A DNA stretch of 64,000 bases. Origin: Atractiella rhizophila (lineage: Eukaryota). Numbering within the stretch: the first letter of the stretch is position 1; every line of letters begins with the position of its first letter. The stretch covers positions 14,534 through 78,533 of the forward strand of contig MU271240.1 in assembly GCA_021432655.1 (NCBI GenBank), written 5' to 3'. The notes below the pieces were generated by a model. It was not told the DNA's origin and did no database searches. It was given only the letters and a program-made list of their open reading frames with translations. The position numbers and the translations under genes are program-made. This document shows positions 25,189-37,777 of the stretch, one piece after another.

Positions 25189-28100
25189 AATTGTCGAAGA
25201 AGACCAGAAACAAGCTGTCTGGAAGAGTAGACGAGGTCCGTTTACAACACCAGAAACCGCTTTTATGCCTGTTGCTTCTTTGTGGACGTGCAAGCTTTCG
25301 GAAGCGACGATAATAGTGAACAGGATGGAGTGAAAGGCGGAGGATTGCATTTCGGGATCGAAGAAGGCATTCATCGTGGTTTGTACTCGTACACGACCCG
25401 TTGAAACTTGGTAACAGGTTCCCACTGGATCCAGTCTGGCCCTTCTCGAGAACCCGTCACCCTCCTTCCACGGTCACGCTATCAACTCTTTTCTTTTTCT
25501 CTCGCCACCATCGTACCCAGCGACAGCGCAGCCCAGCTGGTTCCTTATGGGGTCATATGGTCTCTTGCGACACAAGTGCCAATTTCGAAACCAGACGGGC
25601 AAGAATGAAATATAATGTGCAGAGGTCAGACTGGCTTTCTCTTCACAGCAACGCGAACAGAAAACGAGTTTGAACTCCCTTGTATCAAAAAGGGCCATTC
25701 GAGGAGATGGAACGCAAGGACGTGGGATGGACGGAGGGAAATATGGGTGATACAGACAAATGAGTACATAAATGTTACCATCGCATTGTACTACTTCTCC
25801 CCAGTCGGCAAATAGCAAATGACTAGGAATGGGCCGAATGGCCGCAACCTCAAACTGTCTAATGGATCTGCTGTCTTACGTCTTTACATTCCTGCCAGCT
25901 GCTGAAGAATGGGTCTGAAAGCCTCCCCTCCCATTTGCACCCAGTGGGCACGAAAGATCCCGTTCTGTGTCTCCGCTCCGTTAATTCTCGCCTTCTCTTC
26001 CCATTGTTCTGATTTATGAGGGTTTATGATGAAACAGGAAAGGAACTAGGAAGAGGAGGGAGAGCCGTCAATTGGTGGGGGACAGGTTTGCTGTGAATAT
26101 GCGTGCGGCGCACAACACCTGCAGACTGGCTTTAGGAACGGGCAGTAATCACAGGAGAGATTGGAGTTGTTGAGGTGGTCAGTTGCATTTCAAATAGAGA
26201 CGCGACAACCAAATCAACGAAATTGATTGAGCACTCATTGTGCGATCTTTCTCCTTCTTTCGCCAATTCGACCGGAGGAAGAGAGGAGTCTAGGCCAAGA
26301 CGGTGTGATATTTTTTGATCATGTTAATCTGGGGCTATAAGAGCTAAGGCATTTGACTTCTTTACACTCTTGCACACTTGTAAGCATCTTCCTTTCCGAG
26401 AAGCGGGCATGTGGGGTGTTCTTCCTTCTCTGATCCGTCGTAACATCAATACGTTGATCAGTCCATCGTAGTTATTGTTAGTTAGCTACAAAACTGCTTT
26501 GGTTAACCTTGGATGATCTTTGGTTGACAGTGCGAGGACTTTCAAGTATCAATCTTTCGGCGATGTGATTATGACATTCCTTGGTCATGCATCAATTATA
26601 TGTGGGGAGTACTTGAAGGCTTCTAACCCGTTTCAATGTACTTTCAAGGACAAATTAAAGCTGATTAAGGAGGAACATGGATTGGGCTAAGAAATTCCCT
26701 GCGTTGATCATCATTGGCATGTCAAATTGTTTGAGGGATGATACGCTATTTAAAAGAGTTTGCATTGCAAGGCAGTCACTGATTCAGCTCTATACACAGT
26801 CGGGAAGATATTGTCATTCTAATTCTTTGCTTACTGCAATGACCTTGGTTGTTCGTGCCCTTGGCCTTCAAAGCCAGAGCCAGCTAGTTAGAAAAAGCAA
26901 GAGCAAAATCTCACCTCGCTTTAAGGAACTGAACTCTAATAAACTCTGGGGATCCACTTCACCTCCGTTCTGGAATACCATGTCTTTGACCACGTAGATT
27001 AATGTTATGGATTCGTGGTCTGTCAAAAACCCCGAAAGGTGTCTAATACTGTGTAATACGAATAACATAGATGAACATTCTTCGTACTTTATGAGTCATT
27101 TTCTTTTGTCGCAGTCTTGGTTCCGTGACCTCGTTTCTCTCCCTCACACACAACCACCATCTTCTCTGAGCTTGCCTGTATTGAGGTATAGCTAGTGCTG
27201 TGTGTGAGGTCACATTTCATCTCCCTTTCCGAGTTCGAGGTATTTTATCGTACTAGAACACTCAAAGAGGGGCTGCGCCAACAGCCTTGTCCGCTCTCTG
27301 TTAGCCCTCACGGACTCTTTGGGTGTTTTAGGTACGCATACTTCATTGTTACTTATGCTTCTATGTTCCTTTTCTTATACTATGCAAACATGTTTTAGAA
27401 CCCATTATTTCGAACTCACCGCCGCTAAACGAGCCTTGTCAGCTCTCACTTAGTCGCGTTATATACTGCTCCATGTAGTTGAGAATCTGGGGGTAAACGT
27501 AATACAGCGCGTTTTCACGCGGTGCTACCTCCTTCCAGGTAGTGGCCTTGTTTCGTCGTGCGACACTCTCCTTTTCCCACACTTCGCACAGGTCCTGTAC
27601 GTCCTGGAAGGATTGCTCCGTGACAACACCTTTTTTCTAGCCATGATGTCAGGTCTAGCTTCAGAATGGCACCGTGCTCACCTTCACCTCCACGAAAGAA
27701 AGAGTGACGTTACTCGCGCCACTCACTTTCAAGGCTAGTTTTGAATTTCCAATCATGGCTTCCAGGAGCTCCTCGGCGAAAAAACCAATGACATTGTCAA
27801 CTCGCGCTATTTCAGAGCAGTTGTTAGATGCGGTATCGCTATCTGTTAATATACGCACTAGAATGTCCTTTATCGTCTGTCGGACGATGAACTTTTGATC
27901 TGCATTCCAGCATCCCCGTCAATTTGGTTTCATTCAGTTGGTATCTAGTTCGAACTGGCTGGAGTGCGCAAATTATTTTGCCCAAAGCTTGGCAAAACGG
28001 ATGCGAGGATGTTGCGACTAACATGCAAGCTGTTCCTTTGTCCGGTGGCTGTTCGCAAATTGTGAGCAAAACTCACGACACATTTTGATTTCTCGGATAA

Positions 28101-29009
28101 CCTGGTCGGTTTTGCGTTCGGTATGGGGAACAACAGGTCGTTCAATGCTTTCTTGTACGGTTCTTTGGATGCCTTCTTGACCGTAGCTTCGTGCTCTTGG
28201 ATTGCTTCCTGCTCCTCAATAGGTTCTTTCTCCCCAACAGCTTTTTCCACCGCGGCCGCTCGTTTCGCATCGAAATCTTTTTTCTCCTCTGCGATGTCCG
28301 AACCATGACCTCCTTCCTCAAGAATGCGAGAAAGTCCTTTATTCGGCACGATTTAGCTGTGATCGTGTCGTGATGTTCCTGTTTCCACCAATCGAGTTTG
28401 AGGAGCTTCACTACACTCGGCTTCAGCGTTTTAGCCATATTTTTTGCTCCCTTTCGAAAAGCTCGAAATTAGCTTAGAACTTGGAACGGAAAGGAGTTGT
28501 GAGTCGACTTTGCTTTATTCAGTCGCTCCGCCTGCTCTTGATGCCCGTCATTTAGAGGAGTGAGTCTCGTCATCAATCACCCTTCCAGTGTGACGAAATG
28601 CTCTTGCAGTTCACACAAGTCAAGGACAGGTTTGTCAGCCATCAGAGGATATCAGAGCAATGTTGTGAAAACAGGGATCGAGTTATCTGGAGGTAGTCTC
28701 AAGAGGACACCTCCCATTTATATCCCTCAGCCTGTAGTGCGCGTCCTTTATGAGATGCCCCTTTGTCACAGGTGTTGTCCCTTCAACGGTTGTGAACATT
28801 TCATGAAAGATGTTCCCTCTCTTTGTTGTTCACAGCTTGGTGCTTATCCTCCGTGTACATTTATCAAGGTCCCTTTTTCTCGTTCCCTCCACCTGGTAGT
28901 TTCTTTGACCTTGTGTACCTTTTCACTAAAGGATTCACACAAGTATTTAAGATACCCTACTTTGCTCCCCTAACTGATCATCGACTTGACATAGCAATAA
29001 TCTGTTAGT

Positions 29010-31727
29010 ATGGACTCCCTAGAATTGCAATCTACGGAATCGGTTTGCTTCGTCGACAATTTTCGTTTACAGGCATTCATCACGCCGCTTTCGCCACCAG
29101 AGCGACCGGAGGATGCGAATGCTCAATCTTACGTATGGCACGAAGATGCTTTGGGTCATTGCTCTCAGGAAGGCGGGATATTTCCTTACCTTCACAGCTG
29201 GCCGCGGCGTGAAACGGATAAGGGTACCGAGGTTACGTATTATGACCACTTCGTAAAAGATCTGGATCTCCTCCCTAGCAACGTCAAAGCAGCATTCTGG
29301 CATGACATGATTGTCTGGAATTCAGTGGACCGGTAAGTGCCTTTTCATACACAGGAAATGCGACTTACGACAGCTGTTAGCCCTGAACGTACAACCCAAT
29401 TTGTAGAAGACCTGAGAGTGTTCCTTCGCTACATGTATCCTGGAAGAGCACCCGGTCCTCCGACTGTTCAAGTAGAGAAAGGTAGGTCGACATTGATTAG
29501 TGTCGTAATGATTGACATTCGTCATAGTGGAACCCATGGACGTGGACATCATACACCTCAAGTGTCAAGATGAGGTTCTTCTCACGTTCATCTTGCTGGT
29601 AAGTCCATCCCTCAATTGCTTGCAAGTGTAGTCCTCAGTCATGCTGCAGCCAGCTAATTCCTTGGGCCCTGAGGACTGGGAGACCGATACGCTAGATGAA
29701 TCTAACAAGATTGCACGGAACTATATATCATTTCTGGCCACGTTGCCAGCTGACTCGAATGGGCACCGGTTTGCGGCTTTCATGGATTTCAAATCGTCGG
29801 TGCTCTTCCGTGGATCTTACAAGTTTATTTGCACTTTTGAGGCTCACCCATATTTCCAAGTTTTCGCACTCATGAGTGAGGTGTTCTCCATCAAATGGGA
29901 CTGTTCGAAGTACTCTAACCAAACAGGACCTGCCTGCTTCCCTCGAACCCTTGTCTCCGGCTGTGCGAGAGATCCTGCGACGAGGGAGAGTGTTCCTTCG
30001 CTACATGTATCCTGGAAGAGCACCCGGTCCTCCGACTGTTCAAGTAGAGAAAGGTAGGTCGACATTGATTAGTGTCGTAATGATTGACATTCGTCATAGT
30101 GGAACCCATGGACGTGGACATCATACACCTCAAGTGTCAAGATGAGGTTCTTCTCACGTTCATCTTGCTGGTAAGTCCATCCCTCAATTGCTTGCAAGTG
30201 TAGTCCTCAGTCATGCTGCAGCCAGCTAATTCCTTGTGGTCTGGGGACTGGGAGACCGATACGCTAGATGAATCTAACAAGATTGCACGGAACTATATAT
30301 CATTTCTGTCCACGTTGCCAGCTGACTCGAATGGGCACCGGTTTGCGGCTTTCATGGATTTCAAATCGTCGGTGCTCTTCCGTGGATCTTACAAGTTTAT
30401 TTGCACTTTTGAGGCTCACCCATATTTCCAAGTTTTCGCACTCATGAGTGAGGTGTTCTCCATCAAATGGGACTGTTCGAAGTACTCTAACCAAACAGGA
30501 CCTGCCTGCTTCCCTCGAACCCTTGTCTCCGGCTGTGCGAGAGATCCTGCGACGAGGGTACACATAGACCTGTCCCCCGTGTTAGCATCTTCGGAACACG
30601 ATCTTTACGAAGTTCAGACGGGAGATCCCTACTTACAACATCTCTTTATGTACTGGCACCAATTGCGAATGGAGGAAGGCGAGCGATGGCTCGATAATTT
30701 GACTTTCGTTGACACAGATATCACCGTTGCGTCAGTGCTATCGACCACGACCAGCCATACCATTTTCCCTCCGTTGGTTCTAACGGCAGATAATCCAACG
30801 TTGCTATGGTTCCAAAACATCTTATTCCAAGCTACCAGCTCTACCCGCCGTGCTTCTCCTTCCTTCTCAGCCCTCAACGTTGGCGATCGAATTAAGCTTC
30901 TGAGCTCTATCCGTTCAGGCCCTCAATTACATGGTCAGACTTTCCTCGTGGGTGTTGAAGGAGAGGATTCTCCCTTTGTGCTCAAGATTTATGACGAGCG
31001 CTTATTTCCTTATCCGAAATGGGACATGGATTACGAAGCCATCGATCGACTCCGGCGATGGCCTGATGCTGAGGCGTCGATGCGGAAGGAAGAGAATGCC
31101 TATTCGGTTTTGCGGTTGCTTCAAGGATCAGCTATTGCGAGATCTTATGGGTTTTACAACGTTTGTATTTGCTTACGTTTTTGAAAAGCGTTGTCCTTCC
31201 TGACACACGCATTAGGTCAAGTTAGGAGATGGTACCATCTGTCGAGCACACTTGATGGAATACGTGGAAGGACCCACGTTGGACAGAGCAGACGTGCACA
31301 TACTCTCCGACGAAGAACAGGACGTCTTCGTAAGCCTGATCTCCCATTTCATTGGAAGCTGACCCGCTTTTAGTATGTGAAGGCAATGGTCCTAATTGGT
31401 GCAATCTTTCTCTTGGGAATTGTGCACGGCGATTTGGAGTACGAACCACACCAAGTGTTATGTCCACCAACAGCACCAGGTCACTCACCTGACATCGTTC
31501 TTCTCGACTTTGGGATGGCTAATGAAGTTCATATTGACGAGACTACTCTGCTATCGGAAGACGCCTGGGACTTTCATGTTACTGAAGATTTTGCAAATTT
31601 CAGCGCCATGGTTAGCATTGCTCTCCAGCCAGATGCCAGCAAACGTCGAGGAGGTGCACCTGCAGAGATCTGGGAAAAATTGAGGGAAATGAAGTGGGGC
31701 TATTTCGACATAGATTGGAAATTGTGA
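29010..31727 (+). CDS. Atypical protein-kinase-like protein, spliced, carrying a 572-bp internal tandem duplication
   Basis: FVLKIYD (VAIK-like), ASMRKEENAYSVLRLLQGSAIARSYGFY, LMEYVEG, GIVHGDL, IVLLDFGMA. Confidence 0.75.
29414..30557. repeat. 572-bp direct tandem repeat inside the kinase gene
   Basis: gagagtgttccttcgctacatg at 29414 and 29986; ORFs at 29641 and 30213 begin identically; a handful of substitutions separate the units. Confidence 0.95.
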
Positions 31728-32567
31728 TACAATACAATGCTTTACCATCCTACCTTTCTTCTGCATTCATGAAGCTATTATAAGATGCGACTTACCCTGA
31801 AATAAATAAATGGGATTGCTCTTTGTCATTGGTCTGATGACATCACTTAATGTCCATTACCCTGTGATGAACATCTGGATGTCAGCTCTCAAGTTGTCCC
31901 AACACAGCACATTCTGTGTAAATAGCTTCCTTTCCACAGGTATTCCATTCCATGATATCCATGATATCCATTATCCCATCCATCCACCCAAATCTTCTAT
32001 CCCTCTACAAAGCTTATTCAGTCTTCACAGAATTTTTCATACAAGCTGAGTGGCCCCTCAAGTCACCTGACTCGGTAGTGAAAACAATTTTTTTTCCTGT
32101 TTCAAATAGTCTTTGCTGTATACCCTTCGAAAGGCGCCGACACGCGTATTCTGTTGGTATACTCAGAATCCTGGAAGGTTGTTGTGGGCAGTGATATAAG
32201 CACTCAAAAGTACATGAGTGAGTCATGATCAAAACCCGTCCTGCTTTTTATATAAGGATGAGCCTTGACTGAACTATGATCAAAAGTTGGAGTAATGAGC
32301 AGCAAGGGAAGCATGGCACATGGATTGCATAGATAGCAGCAAAGGACAGCACAGATTGTAGATGGAAGCAGCAACCATTATCTGTTTTGCTATCAGGTAT
32401 GGAGCATTTTGACTTAGATCTTACAAGTGCATTTTGCCCTTGTCCCTTGCCATGCTAGGGTCGAAGCCCCTTGCACCTGAGACTCCAGCAGCCAGTGTGT
32501 GGGGACTTGCCTTCAGCAAGCACATAGTCAATATTTGGTTTAGCCTCAATCTATATATAGCATTTTA

Positions 32568-33190
32568 TTAGGATATATACATACGATCTTGAAAATTCAA
32601 AACTTCTCTATATACTATGTTTTTGGTCCTCTTATTCTCCATCCCTTCAACTAGTGTAAATAACCTCACATTTGAAATTCTTGAAGTCCTGTGTAAAGTT
32701 GCCCATGTGCAAAAACTGGGATATCCAGGTACAATCGAACAGTCTCCACTGATTGGCCTTGTGACTTGTTGATGGTGAGACAGAAAGCCAATTTCACTGG
32801 GAATTGAAACTGCCACAAGGTAAAGGGGAATGAATTGAAGACCTTTGTCATGGTTCGAGCCCCTGATATACCTTAAGTACAGACCAAGATATGTGTAAAC
32901 ACCCATCATTAGCTCTTTTAGTTCAGTTGGTTAGTTGTTGGTCCATAGCCATCCTGACAACCTTGCTATACAATGTGATGCATAGGCTGAGAATTGAGGT
33001 CCTGTGAATGTGCTTGTAATGGTGATAGCCTTGATGACACACTAGAGCAGCTATCTAATGATCAACCATGTACCATTATGGAGCCCAGTCAAAGGACTTT
33101 TGCAATAGGATGGTAGGGACTGCAACTTTGAGATAAAGCTGATGGAGACGGAGACTGATTGTATTGAGAGTATTAAAGCATTCAACTATG
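32568..33190 (-). mobile_element. Helitron RepHel relic (PIF1-like helicase C-terminus)
   Basis: In order on the minus strand: HQLYLKVAVPTILL, GLHNGTWLII, FPFTLWQFQFPVKLAFCLTINKSQGQSVETVRLYLDIPVFAHGQLY, TKNIVYREVL. Stops and frameshifts are present; the segment is AT-rich and CpG-poor. Confidence 0.85.
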
Positions 33191-33275
33191 AAGCTTTGTT
33201 GAATATTCTCTCTTTCGTCCAACAATTGGACAGCACAAAGATGTCAGGCTTTGTGAATCCACACCCAGTTGCCTG

Positions 33276-33960
33276 TTCGCCTATTTGCACTCTCATCACT
33301 GCTCTGTATCTCCTGTCACCCATTTGTATTCTGTGCAAGTTGGCGCCTCTTTACACTTCTATCGCAACTATGCTTTCCCTTTTTGGTTCTCTTACATGTT
33401 TCGTATACTCTCCTCTACACTTTGTAGCAGTGTGATTCCGCTTGGATATAGATCGGAGATAAGTGGAGGTGACCTTAGAGTATTCTCTTAGGTTTATCTC
33501 CACTACAGGTTAGTCTTCTCATGTCATATCATGCACTTAGGTTTATCTCCACTACAGACGCATCACCCATCGGTGACTATATATAATGTCAGCCCTAACT
33601 CAGTGCACTATCAAACCAGCTTTCTTAGGTTCATTCTATATACAAGTGGAATAATACTGCCTCTAAGTGTAAAAAGTAGTATAGTCAATAAGAGGAGAGA
33701 AAATACAAATTCACCAAGCGGCGACACGAGGCATAGAGTGGCGATGGGAGTGCAAACAGGCGCTGGCTCGCACAGAATGTAAATGGGTGACAGGAAACAC
33801 AAGCAGCAATGAGAAATGCAAGTAGGCGAATGGGTGACAGGAGGCACAGAGTGGCAATGGGAGTGCAAATGGGCAAATGGATGCTGATATGTGCAGAACA
33901 CAAATGGGTGATGTGAGACGCAATCCGGCAAATGGGAGCTGATTTGCACAGGACGCAAAC
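33276..33960. repeat. Degenerate inverted and tandem repeats (ctcctgtcacccatt-type unit) plus a 22-bp direct repeat
   Basis: ~33276-33375 matches the reverse complement of ~33731-33830. The unit recurs to ~33950. cttaggtttatctccactacag occurs at ~33487 and ~33536. Confidence 0.65.
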
Positions 33961-34505
33961 CTGACACGATGCTTTCCTTATGAACATAACTGTGCTCACA
34001 GTTGCACTAATGGTGATATGATCTGTGTTGAAGAAACACTCAAAGAGTAGCACAACATCGGAATTGTTACAAGTCGCCAGTTTGTGATCCAGTTTCGAAC
34101 TGAGCACACACGAGTTTGTGGAATTTTCTTCGGGATGGTGTAAAAGTGAAGTTGAAAGGTGCAAGTTCAGTAATCCAATTTGCTTGTCTCCAATGCAACT
34201 TTTGGCCATCCTGAAATACTCAATGTTTTTGTACTCTGTCAAGATCAAAAAGGGCTCATCAGTCCTCTCCTCTGAAGGAGGAATCTCCCTTCTTTCAGTC
34301 CCTCCTCTTTTTGTTGTTAAGTGTGTGGGGTTTATCCTCTTTGTGCTTTCATGAAGGCCACTATTCCTCATTCCTCCTCCCTTGTAGTTTCTTTTAACCT
34401 TCTGTGCCTTTCACTAAAGTATTCATGCAAGTATTTCTTACCCTAAAGATACCCTACTTTGCCCCGTAACTGATTATCGACTTGACATAGCAATGACCTG
34501 TTAGT

Positions 34506-36641
34506 ATGGACTCCTTAGAATTGCAATCGTCGGAATCGGTTTGCTTCGTCGACAGTTTTCGTTTACAGGCGTTCATCACGCCGCTTCCGCCACCAGAGCG
34601 ACCGGAGGATGCGAATGCTCAATCTTACGTATGGCATGAAGATGCTTTGAGTCATTGTTCTCACAATGGCACAATATTTCCTTACCTTCACGGCTGGCCA
34701 GAGCGTGAAACGGACAAGGGTCTCGAGGTTACGTATCATGACCACTTCGTAAAAGATCTGGAACTCCTTCCTCGCAACGTCAAAGCAGCGTTCTGGCCTG
34801 ACGTGATTGTCTGGAATACAGTGGATCGGTAGGTGTCTTCCTATGCAGGAATTCCACTGACTGGAGCCGATAGCCTTGAACGTACAACTCGATTCGTAGA
34901 AGACCTGAGAGTGTTCCTTCGCTACATGTACCCTGCAAGAGCACCCGGTCCTCCGACCGTTCAGATAGACAAAGGTCGGCCCACATTCATTAAGTCGCAT
35001 ATAACTGACGTTCATCGTAGCGGAATCAGTGGATATCGTACGCCTCAAGTGTCAAGATGATGTTCTGCTCACATTCATCTTGCTGGTAAGTCTATTCATC
35101 AACTGCTTGCGAGTGTAGTCCTCAGTCATATTGCAGCCAGCTAATTCCTTGGTCCCTGAGGACTGGGAGATCGACACGCTCAATGAATCTGACAAGATTG
35201 CACAGAAATATGTGTCATTTCTGAAAACGTTGGGCAACAACTCGAAAGGGAAACACTATGCGGCTTTCATGGATGTCAAATCGTCGGTGGTCTTCCGGGG
35301 ATATTACGACTTTGTTTGTGCTTTTGAGTCTCACCCATATTTCCAAGTTTTCGCTCTCATGAGCGAAATGTTCTCCGCCAAATGGGACTGTTCGAAGTAC
35401 TCTAACCAAACAGGGCCTACCTGCTTCCCTCGAACCCTTGTCTCCGGTTGTGCGAGAGATCCTGTGACGAATGCACACATAGACCTGTCCCGCGTGCTCG
35501 CATCTTCAGAACACGACCTCTATGAAGCTCAGACAGGAGACCGGTATTTCCAACACTGCTTTATCGACTGGCATCATAGACGAATGAAGGATGGAGAACG
35601 ATGGCTTGATAGTTTGACTTTCCCTGACACAGATATCACCATCGCGTCAGTACTATCTACTACGGCCAACCCTGTCGTCTTCCCTCCGTTAGTTCTAACG
35701 GTAGATGATCCAACGCTGCTCTGGTTCCAAAACATCTTATTTCATGCCACCAGCTCCGTCCGCCCTACATCTCCTTCCTTCTCAGCCCTCAACGTCGGGG
35801 ATCGAATCAAGCTTATCCGCTCAATCCGTTCAGGCCCTCAACTACATGGTCAGACTTTCCTTGTGGGTGTTGAAGGAGAAGATTCTCCCTTTGTGCTCAA
35901 GATTTATGACGAGCGCTTATTTCCTTATCCGAAATGGGACATGGATCGTGAAGGTGTCAATCGAATTCGGCGTTGGCCCGACGCTGAAGCTTCGATGAGA
36001 AAGGAAGAGAATGCATATTCAGTTTTGCGATTGCTTCAAGGTTCGGCGATTCCAAGATCTTATGGGTTTTACGATGTCTGTCTCAGCTTGTTTGAAGCGT
36101 TATCCTTCCTGACTGACACGCTGCGTTAGGTCAAGTTAGGAGATGGCACCATCTGTCGAGCACACTTGATGGAATACGTGGAAGGACCCACGTTGGACAG
36201 AGCAGACGTGCACATACTCTCCGACGAAGAACAAAACATCTTCGTAAGCCCGATCTCCCATTTCATTGGAAGCTGACATGCTTTTAGTATGTGAAAGCAA
36301 TGGTCCTAATTGGTGCAATCTTTCTTTTGGGAATTGTGCACGGCGATTTGGATTACCAACCACACCAAGTGTTATGTCCACAGACAGCACCGGGTTGCTC
36401 CCCTGACATCGTTCTTCTCGACTTTGGGATGGCTAATGAAGTTCACATGGATGAAACTACTCTGCTGTCAGAAGACGCCTGGAACTTTCGTGTCACTGAT
36501 GATTCCTCAAATTTCAGTGCCATGCTCAGCATTGCTCTCCAGTGGAATGTCCGAAAACGTCACGAAGTTGGACCTGCCGAGATCTGGGAAAATTTGAGGA
36601 CATTGAAGTGGGGCTACTTCGACATAGATTGGAAATTGTGA
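34506..36641 (+). CDS. Atypical protein-kinase-like protein, apparently intact paralog, spliced
   Basis: Same exon layout and motifs as 29010-31727 (VLKIYD, QGSAIPRSYGFY, HGDL, DFG); ends KWGYFDIDWKL. Confidence 0.8.
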
Positions 36642-36955
36642 TGCAAAGCAATGGTTTACCATCCTACTTTTCCTCTGCGTTTATGACACTATTATAATAT
36701 GCGACTTCCCCTAAAGGAATTGGGACTGCTGCCTGTCGTTAGTCTGATGACATCGCCTAATATCTGTTGACCTGCTATGAACATAGCGCTGTTGAGTTCT
36801 CAAGCTGTCTCAGGGTTCTTTGTCATGCCACACAGCACACTCTCTGTCAGGGCGTTTCCATTCTTCAGGTATTGCATTCCACAATATCCGTCATATCCAC
36901 AGCCCTATCCATCCACATCTTCTACCTCTTTATCGCTTCGCCAGTTCCTTCTCCC

Positions 36956-37777
36956 TTAAGCAGCACTGAATCCGGAGACGTCAATACCGCTGCTCGCAGC
37001 CAAATCAATCACTGCCTGCTTCGTCGCGGTATCACACCCAAGACAGTTCTTCAGAACCTAATGCCAGCACAAAGTGTCAATATCCCATATTCTCAACAGA
37101 AAGAAGAGGTAGTTTCCGGGTCCAGAAGATGACGCACCTTTCCGAGCTTGTGTTCGATACCTTGAACCCCATTATCATTGTTTATCCTGGCAATTTGGAA
37201 CCCCAGGAAGAAAGCAGGTCCTTTCAAGGCTGCCAAGGGCTGAGCGGAAGGAGACGAGCCAATCGAGCGCAGGGCAGCGTTCGTAGCGCCTGTCCCAAGG
37301 AAAGACTTAGTATTTCAGGATTCACTGCTTGAAGAATCGTCCTATGAGGATGGAGGTCAGAATAGAGACTGACCATAAACAGCGTCGACGTTCTGAAAGA
37401 AAGTAAGATCGGCATCGGCAGCATTCGCTGGCGTCGCGAAGTTCTTGAGGGCGAAAGCGACAGCCGAGATCGAGGTGTCTTTTGTAAAGCTGACATCCGA
37501 CTGATCCGTAACCCATCAAGAATAAGTATATCCCTGGCTTTGTAGGTACAGCAGGGAGAGGAAGAAGAATTCGCACGAATTTGACTCCACCCTTTTCCAC
37601 ATCAGGTACACCAACAGGTCCAGTCGATCCGGTACACGTGACGGAGGTATCGACCACGACGTCGGTAGGGAGAACGGCGTTGCCAGTGATGAAGCAGGCA
37701 GACTGGCGCCTGAGGATGGGGAGAGCGAAAGTAGATGCAAGCATCGAAAAGGAGAGGATAGCAGAGAAGGACTTCAT
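36956..37777 (-). CDS. Small secreted protein (signal peptide, dibasic RR site, 4 Cys), spliced
   Basis: MKSFSAILSFSMLASTFALPILRRQSACFITG...; later exons SDVSFTKD...NFATPA, ATNAALRS...LKGPAFFLGFQIARI...IEHKLGK, VLKNCLGC...FSAA-TAA. TATAAAAA lies upstream at ~37921-37928. Confidence 0.8.

Larger units (their letters stand above)
18066..29153. repeat. Large duplication arm B (pairs with 7661-18040)
   Basis: Same gene order as arm A; offset 11113 at the right end (17897 vs 29010). Confidence 0.92.

Noticed and set aside
32440..32475. Possible Helitron 3' terminus (small hairpin plus CTAG at 32455-32458)
   Set aside because: The hairpin abuts the CTAG rather than lying about 10 nt upstream, and the next base is not T. 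Not supportable.
33480..33560. 22-bp direct repeats with a ~27-bp spacer, CRISPR-like
   Set aside because: Only two units, eukaryotic context, no cas genes.
33685..34371. 228-aa minus-strand ORF
   Set aside because: Its C-terminal half is translated repeat sequence and it has no recognisable motifs.
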